Source of the DNA: Halobacteriales archaeon
GTDB lineage: Archaea > Halobacteriota > Halobacteria > Halobacteriales > Hikarchaeaceae
Assembly: GCA_034521615.1 (NCBI GenBank)
Contig: JAXHME010000021.1
Location: 21,945 to 85,944 of the forward strand
Length of the DNA: 64,000 bases
Direction: 5' to 3'
The first letter of the stretch is position 1. Every line of letters begins with the position of its first letter. The position numbers and the translations under genes are program-made. Of this stretch, positions 18,022 through 28,249 are shown piece by piece. The notes under the pieces are model-generated. The model had not been told where the DNA came from, did not search any database, and saw nothing but the letters and a program-made list of their open reading frames with translations.

Positions 18022-19418
18022 TCACCCGTCGAGACCGCGCTCGATCGACGACGCGACCTCGCGGGCCTTCGCCGCCAGCGGCTCGGGGACGTGGCCCGAG
18101 GAAACGGCCGCGTCGAGCTCGTCGTCGTCCAGCCGCTCGACCCGGCCGTCCGCGTGCCTGACGACGTCGACCTCGAGGTCGACGTAGGTCGCCGCGTCCG
18201 GGAACAGCTCCACCGGCGTGCAGACGTTGACGTAGGTGCCCTTGACCTCGCCCGAGTCGTCGCGGTAGACCGTCGGGTACCACCACTTCCCCTCGGTCAG
18301 GCGGGTGACCGCGACATCGTCGGCGGCACGCTCGACCCCGAGGCCGTCGTAGGCGCCGCCCGCAGTCATCCCGCGGCGCACGGTGACGGTCGCCCCGTCG
18401 CGCTCGGTCACCTCGCCGACGCCGAGCGCGAACCGCCGGCCGTCGGGCTTGCCGTGGGAGATGGCGAGCCGGTCGCCGACGCGGGGGCCGAAGCCGTCCG
18501 CGACGGCCTCGAACGGGAACCCGCCGTCGTCGAGAGGCTCGCCGCCGTAGTGCTCCCAGAGCGCCTCCACCAGGTCGACGGCCGGGCTCGCCTCGGCGGC
18601 GCCCGCCTTGATCCGGTGGTGGCCCGGCATCGTGGTCGTCGCCGCCCGGCGGTCGCCGTCGAGCGCGAACCGGGACTCCCGGCCGAACCAGACCCAAACC
18701 GTCGCGAGCGGGTGCGCCCCGTCCTCGAGCGACCCGAGGACCCCCGCGGCGCGCTCGGCCGCGAGCGCCAGCGCCTCGTCGAGCACCTCGATCGTCGCGT
18801 CGGCCGCCGCGCGTTCGAACCGGACCGTCCAGCCCTCGGGCACGTCGGTCGAGAGCAGGTCGAGCGACCGCACCAGCTCGCTCGCCCGCTCCCCGTCGGA
18901 GACCTCCGCGCGGGGAGACGCCCGACCACGCACGAGTGTGACTGGCCCCGCCCCAGCCTCGAGTCCCGTCGCGACCTCGGGCCGCCGGTCGGCCCACGGC
19001 GGCGCGGGCTCGCGGACCTGCACGCGATACTCGTCGCCGGCCTCGACCCGCCGGTCGACGACGTCGTATGGCAGGAACCCCTCGCGGGGGCCGAGGTCGA
19101 CCACCGCGCCGCTCCCGAGCGGCTCGGTCACCGTGGCCTCGAACGTCGCGGCGCGCGGGGCCGGGTCGGTCCACGCCAGCGCGTCACGGGCGACGGCCGT
19201 CAGCTCGCCCCGGACGGCCTCGACGGCCGACGGCGCCCCGGTGAGCCCGACCCCCGGCGGTCGGGCGCGTCGGTCAGCGCCACCTCGGGCGGGCCGGCGC
19301 CGAACGCGGCGTCGAACCGGCCGGCGATGGCGTCGGAGGGGTCGACGACCTCGAGGGGGCCGCTCAGCCGCTCGGTGAGCGCCGTAGCGTAGATGCCGCG
19401 AAGCCGGACCCGGGGCAT
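18022..19418 (-). pseudogene. fau-1: Probable ribonuclease FAU-1 (DUF402 RNA-binding protein), frame broken at 19251-19255
   Basis: ATG 19418 gives MPRVRLRGIYATALTERLSGPLEVVDPSDAIAGRFDAAFGAGPPEVALTDAPDRRG. The rest (VGLTGAPSAVEAVRGEL...GTYVNVCTPVELFPDAATYVDLEVDVV, a DUF402 domain) is in the frame of ORF 18022..19515. Confidence 0.75.
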
Positions 19419-19513
19419 GCGTCGACCGGCGATAGCCCCCGGGGGCCCATAACGTCGGCCGGTCCGGCCCCTGGAGACAATAGCCTGATACGGCCCGGCG
19501 GGCAACGGCGGGC

Positions 19514-20494
19514 ATGGCCGACGGTCGGGACCCGGTGGAGGCCGCCAGCGACGACGGGCGGGACCTCTACGACATCGCGACCTGGGAGCCCCGGACCTGG
19601 GTCGACCGCCAGTCCGTCCGCGTCTACCGCCTCCTGGTCACCACGACCCGGAGCGTGGTCGTCCTGCTCGCGCTGGTCATCCTCTTGAGCCAGTTCGCCC
19701 TCATGGGCGCCGCCGCGGCGTCGAACCCCGCCATCGCGGTGTTCATCGCGCTCTCGGTCGTGCCGGCGGCCGTCATCGCCGCCTACGTCCGGCGGTCGGA
19801 CGTCACCGGGCGCGAGCCGCTGGGGCTGCTCGTCGGGACGTTTCTACTGGGCATCCTGTTCGCGAGCTTCGCCGCCGTGCTCAACGCCGCCGCCGAGCCG
19901 GCGTTCCGCGGCTTCGGCCTCGTCGGGATGGCGCTGTTCTTCTTCCTCGTCGTCGGGCCGGTCGAGGAGACGGTGAAGTGGCTCGCGATCCGGCTGCACG
20001 CCTACCGGAGCGACTCGTTCCGGGCCGTCGTCGACGGCGCGGTGTACGGCGCCGCCGCCGGCCTGGGCTTTGCCACCATCGAGAACGCGCTGTTCATCAG
20101 CCAGCAGTTCCTCCAGGCCGCCCAGTCGGCGGGCACCACCGCGGCCCTGTTCGATGCCGCGCTGCCGACGGCGGCGGTGCGGACCTTCGCCGGGCCGGGC
20201 CACGTCATCTACTCCGCCTTCGCGGGCTACTACCTCGGCCTCGCGAAGTACAACCGCGAGAACGCGGGGCCCATCGTCGTCAAGGGCATCCTCGTCGCCG
20301 CGTTCATCCACGGGCTGTACAACATCTCGGTGACGGTCCTGCCCGGGCTGGTGGCCGGCTCGGGCCTCGGGATCGGCCCGGGAGTGGCCTTCCTGGGCTT
20401 CGTCGTCGTCTACGACGGGCTCTTCCTCTGGATCCTGCTCCGGAAGCTGCGGCGCTACGGGGACGCGTTCCACGCCACCGGCGCCGCCGCCTGA
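19514..20494 (+). CDS. PrsW-family intramembrane metalloprotease
   Basis: 326-aa polytopic ORF with GPVEETVKWLAI, FATIENALF and HGLYN motifs. Confidence 0.75.
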   Translation: MADGRDPVEAASDDGRDLYDIATWEPRTWVDRQSVRVYRLLVTTTRSVVVLLALVILLSQFALMGAAAASNPAIAVFIALSVVPAAVIAAYVRRSDVTGREPLGLLVGTFLLGILFASFAAVLNAAAEPAFRGFGLVGMALFFFLVVGPVEETVKWLAIRLHAYRSDSFRAVVDGAVYGAAAGLGFATIENALFISQQFLQAAQSAGTTAALFDAALPTAAVRTFAGPGHVIYSAFAGYYLGLAKYNRENAGPIVVKGILVAAFIHGLYNISVTVLPGLVAGSGLGIGPGVAFLGFVVVYDGLFLWILLRKLRRYGDAFHATGAAA

Positions 20495-20495
20495 C

Positions 20496-21086
20496 TCAGG
20501 GCCGCTCGGCCAGCTGGCGCTCGACGTACTTCGCGAGCACGTCCACCTCGACGTTGAGCCGGTCGCCCGGCTCGCGCTCGTCGAACGTCGTCTCCCGGTA
20601 GGTCGTCGGGATGATCGCGACGGTGAACCGGTCGTCGAGCCGGTCGGCGACCGTGAGGCTCACGCCGTCCAGCGCGATCGAGCCCTTCTCGACGATGTAG
20701 CGCTCCAGGCCCTCGGGCATCGCGAACGTGAACGTCCAGTCCTCGCCGACGGGCTCGACGTCGAGCAGCTCGGTCGTCGCGTCGACGTGGCCCTGGACCA
20801 GGTGGCCGTCGAACCGCCCGTCCGCCGGCATCGCCCGCTCGAGGTTGACGCCGTCGCCGGCCGTCAGGTCGCCCAGACCCGTCCGCGCGACCGTCTCCGA
20901 GGCGAGGAAGACCGCGAACGTCCCCTCGGCGGCGGCCTCGACGGTGAGGCAGGTCCCCGAGACGCTGACGCTCTCGCCCGGCGACAGCGCGTCGGCGAAC
21001 GGGGCGGCGACCGTCAGCCGGCGGCCGTCGTCGTCGGCGTCGACCGCCGTCACCTCCCCCACGGCCTCGACGATGCCGGTGAACAT
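20496..21086 (-). CDS. ribE: Riboflavin synthase (bacterial-type alpha chain)
   Basis: ATG 21086 gives MFTGIVEAVGEVTAV...VSVSGTCLTV...GSIALDGVSLTV, the duplicated lumazine-binding repeats. 196 aa. Confidence 0.9.
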   Translation of the reverse strand: MFTGIVEAVGEVTAVDADDDGRRLTVAAPFADALSPGESVSVSGTCLTVEAAAEGTFAVFLASETVARTGLGDLTAGDGVNLERAMPADGRFDGHLVQGHVDATTELLDVEPVGEDWTFTFAMPEGLERYIVEKGSIALDGVSLTVADRLDDRFTVAIIPTTYRETTFDEREPGDRLNVEVDVLAKYVERQLAERP

Positions 21087-21188
21087 GGCGACGGCTACCG
21101 CGCCGGGGGCCGAAAGCGTTCCGTCACCGCCGCCCGCCCGGCCACGGCACGGTCGGCCCATGCCCGGGCGTCCCCGCCAAGCGGCGCC

Positions 21189-21195
21189 CTTTTGC
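21189..21195 (+). promoter_or_regulatory. TATA-box-like CTTTTGC about 27 nt upstream of ATG 21219
   Basis: Same motif class and spacing. Confidence 0.4.
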
Positions 21196-21218
21196 CCAGA
21201 CCGCCCGGACGTCGGGGC

Positions 21219-21455
21219 ATGCGCGCGCCCGGGGTCATCGGCACCCTCCAGCTGGCCGCGGTCCTCGCCTTCGCCGCGCCGCTGCTGTTCTTCGGCGCCG
21301 AGTCGCTGGTCGAGGGCCGGACCCTCATGGGCGGCGCCTTCCTCGCGCTGGGCGCGCTGATGCTGTTCCTCCAGTGGTGGCTCACGAACCCGCTCGACCC
21401 CGCCGACCTGGCGGAGGCGGCGGCCGAGCGCGTCGCCGGCGATCCCGAGGAGTGA
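21219..21455 (+). CDS. Small membrane protein (78 aa)
   Basis: ATG 21219: MRAPGVIGTLQLAAVLAFAAPLLFFGAESLVEGRTLMGGAFLALGALMLFLQWWLTNPLDPADLAEAAAERVAGDPEE. Two TM helices. A TATA-like element lies 27 nt upstream. Confidence 0.5.
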   Translation: MRAPGVIGTLQLAAVLAFAAPLLFFGAESLVEGRTLMGGAFLALGALMLFLQWWLTNPLDPADLAEAAAERVAGDPEE

Positions 21456-21465
21456 GCGGCCTGGC

Positions 21466-23316
21466 TCAGTCGGTCGACGGCGCCGTCGCCGGCGCCTCGA
21501 GCGTCTCGGCCAGCAGGTCCTCGAGCGAGAGGTCGTCCCGGAGCTCGTTACAGAGCAGCACGTCGATCGGGAGCGTCGGGGCGCCGCCGATGAGGTTCTC
21601 CATGACGACCAGGCGCTCGCGGGCACGGCTCATGCCGACGTAGAAGACGCGGCGCTCGTTGTCGGTCAGCACCGGCACGGGGTTCGAGGTCGGCGTGAAC
21701 TCGACGCCCTCGGGAACGGCGCCCTCCGGCGCCGTCGAGGCCATGTGCTCGACGACCTTCTCGGTCAGGTCCGTGGCGACGTAGACGTGGTCCGCCTCGC
21801 GGCCCTTCGCGGAGTGGATGGTGCCGACCCGGACGCGGTCCTTCGGCTCGTCCTTGTAGCCGTTCGCGAAGAACGACCGAAGCCCCGTCTTCTGGAACTT
21901 CGTGACCTTCCGGACCATGTCGGCCGCCGACGCCCGGTCCGGCATGAACGGCGCGTGATCGCGCACGAACGACGGGTCGACCTCCATCTCGGCCAGATCG
22001 TCGACGCCCTGGGCCTCCTGGAGGTCGTCGATGGCGTCGAACAGCGCGTCGCGCTCGTTCGAGCCGAACGCGGAGTCGACCAGCATGTCGGCCAGCCGCC
22101 GGGCCTGCAGCCCCGTCAGCGGCTCGCCGTCCTGGAAGTTCGCCACCGCGTCGGCGTAGTCGCCGAGCCGGTCGGTCCACATCCGGCCGTCGGTCATCAC
22201 GCTGAACGGGATGCCGGAGGTGACGAACTCGTCCATGAAGTCGAACATCTGGTATCGGGCCCGGAACAGCACCATCACCGAGCCGTCGGTGGTCTCGACG
22301 GCGTTCCGGACGTCCCGAACCAGGTCGAGCACCGACCACGCGTCCTGGAACTCGACGTCGCCGCCCTCCATGCGCGGCTTGAGGTCCTTCTCCTGGCGCT
22401 CGTCGATGTGGCGGATGACGCGCTGGACGACGTGGAGGACGTTCGACGGCAGCCGGTAGGAGTTGTCGAGGATGACGTCCTCGCCGCCCTCGTTGAGCAG
22501 CAGCCGGGGGTCGGCGCCCTGCCAGGCGTAGACGACCTGGTCGTCGTCCCCGGCGATGAGGACGTGGTCCATGTGGGGCTTCCACTCCTCGTAGACGCTG
22601 TACTGGAGCTGCGTGATGTCCTGGAACTCGTCGATGACCAGGTGGTCGACCGACGGGACGAGCGAGCGCTGGGCGACCCGTTCGAGCATGTCGGCGAAGC
22701 CGACCAGGCCCTCCTCGCCCTTGTGGGCCCGCCAGCCGCGGATGGCCTCGGGGACGCTGATCCGGTCGTCGTCGGACGTCCAGGTCGGCGTGTACTTGTT
22801 GCCCTCCTGGGCGTGGGGGTCGATGTCGGGCGGGAGCCGGACCTCCTCGACGTTCCAGTGGAACGGGACGTCGTACCAGTCGGCGACCTCGCGGTTGGTG
22901 CGCTGGAGCCACTGGCTGGTGGCGATGATCTTGTTCCCGATCGCCGTCGAGCGGGCCGTCCGCCGGCCGCCGGACTTGTACTCGTCCTCGTAGTCCAGGC
23001 CGAAGTTCTCGCAGAACTCCTCCTTGTCGGACTCGTCGACGACGTCGCCCCGCGAGAGGTTCAGCAGGTTGTACGCCGTCGCGTGCATCGTCCCGACGTT
23101 GCCCCGGAGCGACCGCGGGGTGACGTCGCGGCGCTCGGCGAGCCGCTCGCGAACCTCCGCGGCGGCCGCCCGGGTGTACGAGACGAGCAGGAGGTCGTCC
23201 ATCTCGACCCCGTCCTCGTCGAGCATCGTCTCGACCCGGTCGAGCAGCGCGGTGGTCTTCCCGCTGCCCGGGCCGCCGAAGAGGCGGGTCACGGGCGTGT
23301 CGTCGGCCTGGCTCAT
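21466..23316 (-). CDS. UvrD/REP-family DNA helicase
   Basis: 616-aa ORF. Walker A FGGPGSGKTT, LVIDEFQDIT (motif II), and the C-terminal GTIHSAKGREADHV and VGMSRARERL motifs. Confidence 0.85.
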   Translation of the reverse strand: MSQADDTPVTRLFGGPGSGKTTALLDRVETMLDEDGVEMDDLLLVSYTRAAAAEVRERLAERRDVTPRSLRGNVGTMHATAYNLLNLSRGDVVDESDKEEFCENFGLDYEDEYKSGGRRTARSTAIGNKIIATSQWLQRTNREVADWYDVPFHWNVEEVRLPPDIDPHAQEGNKYTPTWTSDDDRISVPEAIRGWRAHKGEEGLVGFADMLERVAQRSLVPSVDHLVIDEFQDITQLQYSVYEEWKPHMDHVLIAGDDDQVVYAWQGADPRLLLNEGGEDVILDNSYRLPSNVLHVVQRVIRHIDERQEKDLKPRMEGGDVEFQDAWSVLDLVRDVRNAVETTDGSVMVLFRARYQMFDFMDEFVTSGIPFSVMTDGRMWTDRLGDYADAVANFQDGEPLTGLQARRLADMLVDSAFGSNERDALFDAIDDLQEAQGVDDLAEMEVDPSFVRDHAPFMPDRASAADMVRKVTKFQKTGLRSFFANGYKDEPKDRVRVGTIHSAKGREADHVYVATDLTEKVVEHMASTAPEGAVPEGVEFTPTSNPVPVLTDNERRVFYVGMSRARERLVVMENLIGGAPTLPIDVLLCNELRDDLSLEDLLAETLEAPATAPSTD

Positions 23317-23485
23317 TAAACCGCGACAGGGGACCCAGCGGGATAAACCGTGTGGCTTCCGTCTGCGGGAAAACGGGCCGCCATGGAGCGGTCAGGCGGC
23401 GATCGATGGGGCGCCGCTCGGCCGTGGCAGGCGCTGGGCATCGGGTCGCCGAACGAGGGTGGTCGTGACGGGCTGGCTCGGGTCC

Positions 23486-23662
23486 TCAGTCGGCCGGCCC
23501 CGGCCAGCCGCATACCGTACACGACGACGCGCCGAGCTCGTGGAGCCCGCCGCACTCCGGACACTGTTTCTTGTTGAACGACTGCTCCCAGGACTGTGGG
23601 ACTTCGTGACCCCGGGACGTCAGGAACCGGTCGAAGACGTCGTCGGTCGGCGCGGAGGCCAT
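23486..23662 (-). CDS. Small CPxCG-type zinc-finger protein (58 aa, HVO_0416-like)
   Basis: ATG 23662: MASAPTDDVFDRFLTSRGHEVPQSWEQSFNKKQCPECGGLHELGASSCTVCGWPGPAD. Confidence 0.6.
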   Translation of the reverse strand: MASAPTDDVFDRFLTSRGHEVPQSWEQSFNKKQCPECGGLHELGASSCTVCGWPGPAD

Positions 23663-23826
23663 ACGTGGTACGCTATGACATACCACTACTTAACCCTACT
23701 GGCGTCGGCCCGACGACAGAAACGGCGCCCGTCAGGGTTCGGGCCCGATCGATCCCCGAGGACGTTCCCACGAACCGGGAGCGACCGCGGCCGTTGAAGC
23801 CCTCCGGGGACCATGTCTCGGACGCC

Positions 23827-24072
23827 ATGTCGAACGAACCCACCACCCACCGGTACGAGGTCCACCTCGAGGCGGCCGTCGCGGAGGAGCTCGGGGTCGA
23901 GAGCCCGGTCGAGACCGAGCGGATCGACTACTACGACAGCGGCTGCTGGCTCGCCACCGAGGAGGGACGCGACTTCGTCCCCTACGACCGGCTGCTGGCG
24001 ATCCGCGAGCGGCCCGCCGAGCCGGAGGCGGCGGCCCGAACGGCCGAGCCCGAAGCCGAGGGACCGTTCTAG
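23827..24072 (+). CDS. Hypothetical acidic protein (81 aa)
   Basis: ATG 23827: MSNEPTTHRYEVHLEAAVAEELGVESPVETERIDYYDSGCWLATEEGRDFVPYDRLLAIRERP... Composition is haloarchaeal. Confidence 0.5.
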   Translation: MSNEPTTHRYEVHLEAAVAEELGVESPVETERIDYYDSGCWLATEEGRDFVPYDRLLAIRERPAEPEAAARTAEPEAEGPF

Positions 24073-24082
24073 GCCGGCGGGC

Positions 24083-25579
24083 TCAGAGCCCGTACAGCGC
24101 CTCGAACTTCTCGGTGGCGTACTCGATGAAGTAGTCCGCCGTCAGCGGCTCGCCGGTGGCCACCTCGACGAGCTCGCCGGTCGGGTACCGGCAGCCGTGG
24201 CGGTGGACCTGCTCGGTCATCCACTCCCGGATCGGGCCGTACTCGCCGTCGCGGATCAGCGCGTCGACGTCACCGAGGTCCGCCCGGAGCGCGTGGTCGA
24301 GCTGGGCGGCCAGCACCGACCCCAGCGTGTAGCCGTGGAACGCGGCGAACCGGGTCGTCCAGTGGATGTCCTGCAGGCAGCCCTCGGCGTCGGTCTCGGG
24401 CACGACGCCGAGGTACTCGTCCATCTTCTCGTTCCAGACCTGCGGGATCTCGTCGACCCCGATGTCGCCCTCGACGAACGCCCGGCCGACCTCCGATCGC
24501 AGGATGATGTGCAGGTGGTAGGTGAGCTCGTCGGCCTCGACCCGGATCAGGTTGTCCGGGTAGATGCGGTTGAACGCGCCGTACACCTCGTCGACCGTCA
24601 GGTCGGCGTGGCCGTGGTGCTCGACGAACGTCGGGAGGAACCGCTCCCAGAACGGCCTCGTCCGGCCGACGTGGTTCTCCCAGAACCGCGACTGGGACTC
24701 GTGGACCGCCGACGACCGGGGCTCGCCGAGCGGGTTGGCGTACTTGTCGTCCCGGAGGCCGAGCTGGTAGGTCGCGTGGCCGAACTCGTGGATCGTCGAG
24801 CCGAGCGACTCGAGCGGGTCCGACTCCTTGTAGCGCGTCGTGATCCGCGCGTCGAACTGGTTGCCCGACATGAACGGGTGGGGCGCCGTGTCGAGCCGGC
24901 CCCGGTCGCGGTCGTAGCCGAGCTCGTCGAGCGCGGCCTCGGAGACCGCCCGCTGGTCCGCCTCGGGATAGGTCCCGTCGAACGGGCTCGGCTGGGGCTC
25001 GCCGTTGGCCTCGATCCGCTCGATGAGCGGCACCAGCGCGTCGACGAGGTCCTCGAAGATCCCCTCGACCAGCGAGAGCGGCAGGTAGGGCTGGCTGTCC
25101 TCGTACATGACCTCGAACGGCGACCGGTCGGGGTCGATGTGCTCGGCGCGCTCGACCCGGAGCTCGCGCAGGCGCTCGAGCGTCGGCGCGAAGCTCGCGT
25201 AGTCGTCCTCGGCCTTCGCCTCGCGCCAGACCGGCTGGGCCTCCGAGGCGGCCCGGGTGAGCTCCTCGACCAGCGCCTCGGGGACGTTCGCGGCCCGCTC
25301 GTGCTGGCGGCGGACCTCCCGGACCACCGCGGCCGCCTCGGCGTCGAGCTCCTCGGCCTCCGCGCGGTCGAGCAGCCGGGCGGTCTCGTCGTCGGTCAGG
25401 AGCTCGTGGCCCACCGCCGACAGCGTAGAGAGCTGCTGGGAGCGGGCCGGCGTGCCGCCCTCGGGCATCATCACCTGCTCGTCCCAGTAGAGCTGTCGCG
25501 CCGCGTTCTGGAGGTTGGCGTACCGGGCGTAGCGGTCCTCGAGGGCCGCGTACGCCGAGCCGCCGTCGTCACTCGCCAT
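24083..25579 (-). CDS. Carboxypeptidase M32 (Taq-type metallocarboxypeptidase), copy 1
   Basis: 498-aa ORF. HEFGHATY zinc motif, HESQSRFWEN, IRVEADELTYHLHI. Confidence 0.9.
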   Translation of the reverse strand: MASDDGGSAYAALEDRYARYANLQNAARQLYWDEQVMMPEGGTPARSQQLSTLSAVGHELLTDDETARLLDRAEAEELDAEAAAVVREVRRQHERAANVPEALVEELTRAASEAQPVWREAKAEDDYASFAPTLERLRELRVERAEHIDPDRSPFEVMYEDSQPYLPLSLVEGIFEDLVDALVPLIERIEANGEPQPSPFDGTYPEADQRAVSEAALDELGYDRDRGRLDTAPHPFMSGNQFDARITTRYKESDPLESLGSTIHEFGHATYQLGLRDDKYANPLGEPRSSAVHESQSRFWENHVGRTRPFWERFLPTFVEHHGHADLTVDEVYGAFNRIYPDNLIRVEADELTYHLHIILRSEVGRAFVEGDIGVDEIPQVWNEKMDEYLGVVPETDAEGCLQDIHWTTRFAAFHGYTLGSVLAAQLDHALRADLGDVDALIRDGEYGPIREWMTEQVHRHGCRYPTGELVEVATGEPLTADYFIEYATEKFEALYGL

Positions 25580-25649
25580 GGGCGCATCGTCGGCCCTCGG
25601 CGCATAATACTCCGGGGTCCCGTGACGCGACCACGCGAGCCGCCGGGGC

Positions 25650-27152
25650 TCAGAGGTCGTAGAGCTCGCCGTACTTCCCGGTGACGTAGTCGACGAAGTG
25701 GTCGGCCGTGTACGCCTCGCCGGTGGCCTCGCGGACGAGGTCGGGCGTCGTGTAGCGCGCGCCGTGGCGGTGGACGTGCTCGGTCATCCAGTCGTAGAGC
25801 GGCGCGAACTCGCCCGCCTCGACCATCGCGTCGACGTCGCCGAGGTCGGCCCGGAGGTGGTGGTCGAGCTGGGCGGCGAGCACGCTGCCCAGCGAGTAGG
25901 TCGGGAAGTAGCCGAAGTTGCCGTGGCTCCAGTGGATGTCCTGCAGGCAGCCCTCCGCGTCCGTCTCCGGGCGGAAGCCGAGGTACTCCTCCATCTTGTC
26001 GTTCCAGACCTGCGGCACGTCGGCCACGTCGAGCTCGCCGCGGACGAGGTCGCGCTCGATCTCGTAGCGGAGCACGATGTGGAGGTGGTAGGTCAGCTCG
26101 TCGGCCTCGACGCGGATCGGGTTGTCGTCGTACACCTCGTTGGCGCCGCGGTAGAACGCCTCGGGGTCGGCGTCGACGCCGAGGTGGTCGGTCACCGTCG
26201 GGGTCGCGAAGCGCCAGAACGCCCGGGTGCGCCCGACGTGGTTCTCCCAGAACCGCGACTGGGACTCGTGAACCGTGAGGTCGCGGGACTCGCCGAGCGG
26301 CGAGCCGAACGCCTCGCCGGGCAGCCCGAGCTCGTAGGAGGCGTGGCCGAACTCGTGGATCGTCGCCATCAGGGCGTCGAGCGGGTCGTCCTCGTGAAAG
26401 CGCGTCGTGATCCGGGCGTCGAACGGGTTGCCCGACGTGAACGGGTGGGTCGAGGTGTCGAGCCGGCCGCGCTCCCAGTCGTAGCCGAGGTCGTCGAGCA
26501 GGTCGCGGCTCAGCGCCTCCTGCTTGTCCGGATCGTAGGTGCCGCCGGCGAACGGCGACTCGACCTCGACGTCGCTCTCGGCGACGGCGTCGACGAGGGG
26601 CACGAGCGCCTCGCGGAGCTCCTCGAGCACGGCGTCGGCCGTCTCGAGCGGGAGGTAGGGCTCGTAGCCCTCGAACAGCACCGCGTAGGGGTCGCGGTCG
26701 GGGTCGATGTGGTTCGCGTACTCCCGGCGGAGCTCGACGAGCTCCTCGAGGGCGGGCGCGAACTGGTCGAAGTCGTCCTCCTCGCGGGCCCGCTCCCAGA
26801 CGCCGAGGGCCTCGGTGGTCTTCTCGGAGATGGTCTCGATGAGCTCGCGGGGCACCGCGGCGCTGCGGTCGTGGGCCCGGCGGATCTCGCGGACGACCGC
26901 CGCCCGCTCGTCGTCGAGCTCGGCGGCCTCGAGCTCCTCGAGCCGGTCGGCGACCGCGTCGTCGGTGATGACCTCGTGGCTGAGGCCCGACATCGCGGAC
27001 TGCTGGAGCGACCGCGCGGGCGTGCCGCCCTCGGGCATCATCACCTGCTGGTCCCAGGAGAGCAGCTGTTGGGTCGTGCCCAGCGCCGTGTACCGCTCGT
27101 AGTGCTCGAGCAGCGCCTCGTACGCGTCGGGGGCCGCCGCGTCAGTCGACAT
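25650..27152 (-). CDS. Carboxypeptidase M32, copy 2 (tandem paralogue)
   Basis: ORF 25650..27227 with ATG 27152 (MSTDAAAPDAYEALLEHYERY). HEFGHASY, HESQSRFWEN, IRVEADELTYHLHI. Confidence 0.9.
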   Translation of the reverse strand: MSTDAAAPDAYEALLEHYERYTALGTTQQLLSWDQQVMMPEGGTPARSLQQSAMSGLSHEVITDDAVADRLEELEAAELDDERAAVVREIRRAHDRSAAVPRELIETISEKTTEALGVWERAREEDDFDQFAPALEELVELRREYANHIDPDRDPYAVLFEGYEPYLPLETADAVLEELREALVPLVDAVAESDVEVESPFAGGTYDPDKQEALSRDLLDDLGYDWERGRLDTSTHPFTSGNPFDARITTRFHEDDPLDALMATIHEFGHASYELGLPGEAFGSPLGESRDLTVHESQSRFWENHVGRTRAFWRFATPTVTDHLGVDADPEAFYRGANEVYDDNPIRVEADELTYHLHIVLRYEIERDLVRGELDVADVPQVWNDKMEEYLGFRPETDAEGCLQDIHWSHGNFGYFPTYSLGSVLAAQLDHHLRADLGDVDAMVEAGEFAPLYDWMTEHVHRHGARYTTPDLVREATGEAYTADHFVDYVTGKYGELYDL

Positions 27153-27343
27153 GGGTGAACTGGACACCGCGGGTGGAATAAGGCCCCCGAAACGACCGCG
27201 GCCGCTGGCCGCGCTGGCGTCAGTCACCCGACCGTCGACGACGCTGGCGTCGCCCCTCCCGACGGTCCGCCGCGGTACGGTCGGCCCCGCTTCCGGCCGT
27301 CGGACACGAGGGTGGTAGTCGGCTCCCGCGGCCGGGCGCGAAC

Positions 27344-28233
27344 CTACGTCCCACCCCGACGGAGCGTGACGGTCGTCAGCTCGCGGCCCGCCGAGTAGTA
27401 CGCCCGGGCCAGCTCGTCGGCGGTCTCGAACGCGTCCGCCCGGACCGTCCGCGACGGGATCGACGCCTCGAGCGGCTCGCGGTCGAACGGGTACGGCTCG
27501 ACGGCGAACGCGCCGTCACCGGTGGCTTCGATCGTCAGCTCGACGTCCTCCACGTCGGGGCCGGCGGGACGTTGCCGATCGTCCCGTACCCCGGTGGCGA
27601 GGTCGTCGTGCAGAACGCCAGCGACAGCGTGTCCCAGGCCTGGAGGAGCTCGTACGCCTGCCAGAGGGTCGATCGGGACCCGTCCGGCGGCCCGCCCGAA
27701 TCTTGGAGCGCCGAGAGGAGGTCCGCGTCCGCCGGGCCGAGCTGGGGCTCGGCGCCGTCGTCCAGCAGCTCGTCGAGGAGCCGGGATTGGCGGGCCTCCT
27801 GGCGCTCGACGAACGCCTCGTAGGTGGGCGGCGTCGCGGGCCACCCGGGCGATAGGCCGTAGCGGCGCTTCCGGAGCCCGGCCCCGTGCATCGACACCAG
27901 CAGCCCGGCGAGCGGGTCCAGCTCGGCGGCTGACTCGATCCCGTCCTCGTAGAGCTCGATCCAGGCGTCGGCCGGGGTCTCCCGGAAGTCGATCGGCCGC
28001 CCGGCGCCGTCGAGGCGCGGCCGGCGGTCGAAGGGCTCCCAGCCCACGTCGTGGAGGTAGGCGGCCATCACCAGTCGCGGCCCAGCCGCGGGGCGCCCGA
28101 TGGCATCGTTGCCCCAGTGGTCCGCGAACCGGCCCGCCAGGGCGGCGTGGTCGGGCTGGGTGACAAAGCGGTAGCCGTCCGCGGTCTCGGCAACGATCAC
28201 GATAGCCGGGCCGATGGGCTCGAAGCCTATCAA
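27344..28233 (-). pseudogene. DUF3891-family protein, frame broken near 27557-27570
   Basis: The N-terminal part (ORF 27535..28233) has FVTQPDHAALAGRFADHWGN...AAYLHDVGWEPFD. The C-terminal part PAGPDVEDVELTIEATGDGAFAVEPYPFDREPLEASIP... is in the frame of ORF 27344..27844. The true start may be GTG near 28200. Confidence 0.65.
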
Positions 28234-28249
28234 CCGCCCGCCCGGCCGA

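Noticed and set aside
21466-24072. UvrD-like helicase plus adjacent zinc-finger and acidic micro-proteins as a candidate defence module
   Set aside because: No nuclease, methyltransferase, ATPase partner or other defence hallmark lies nearby. The helicase looks like the conserved haloarchaeal core UvrD-family gene.
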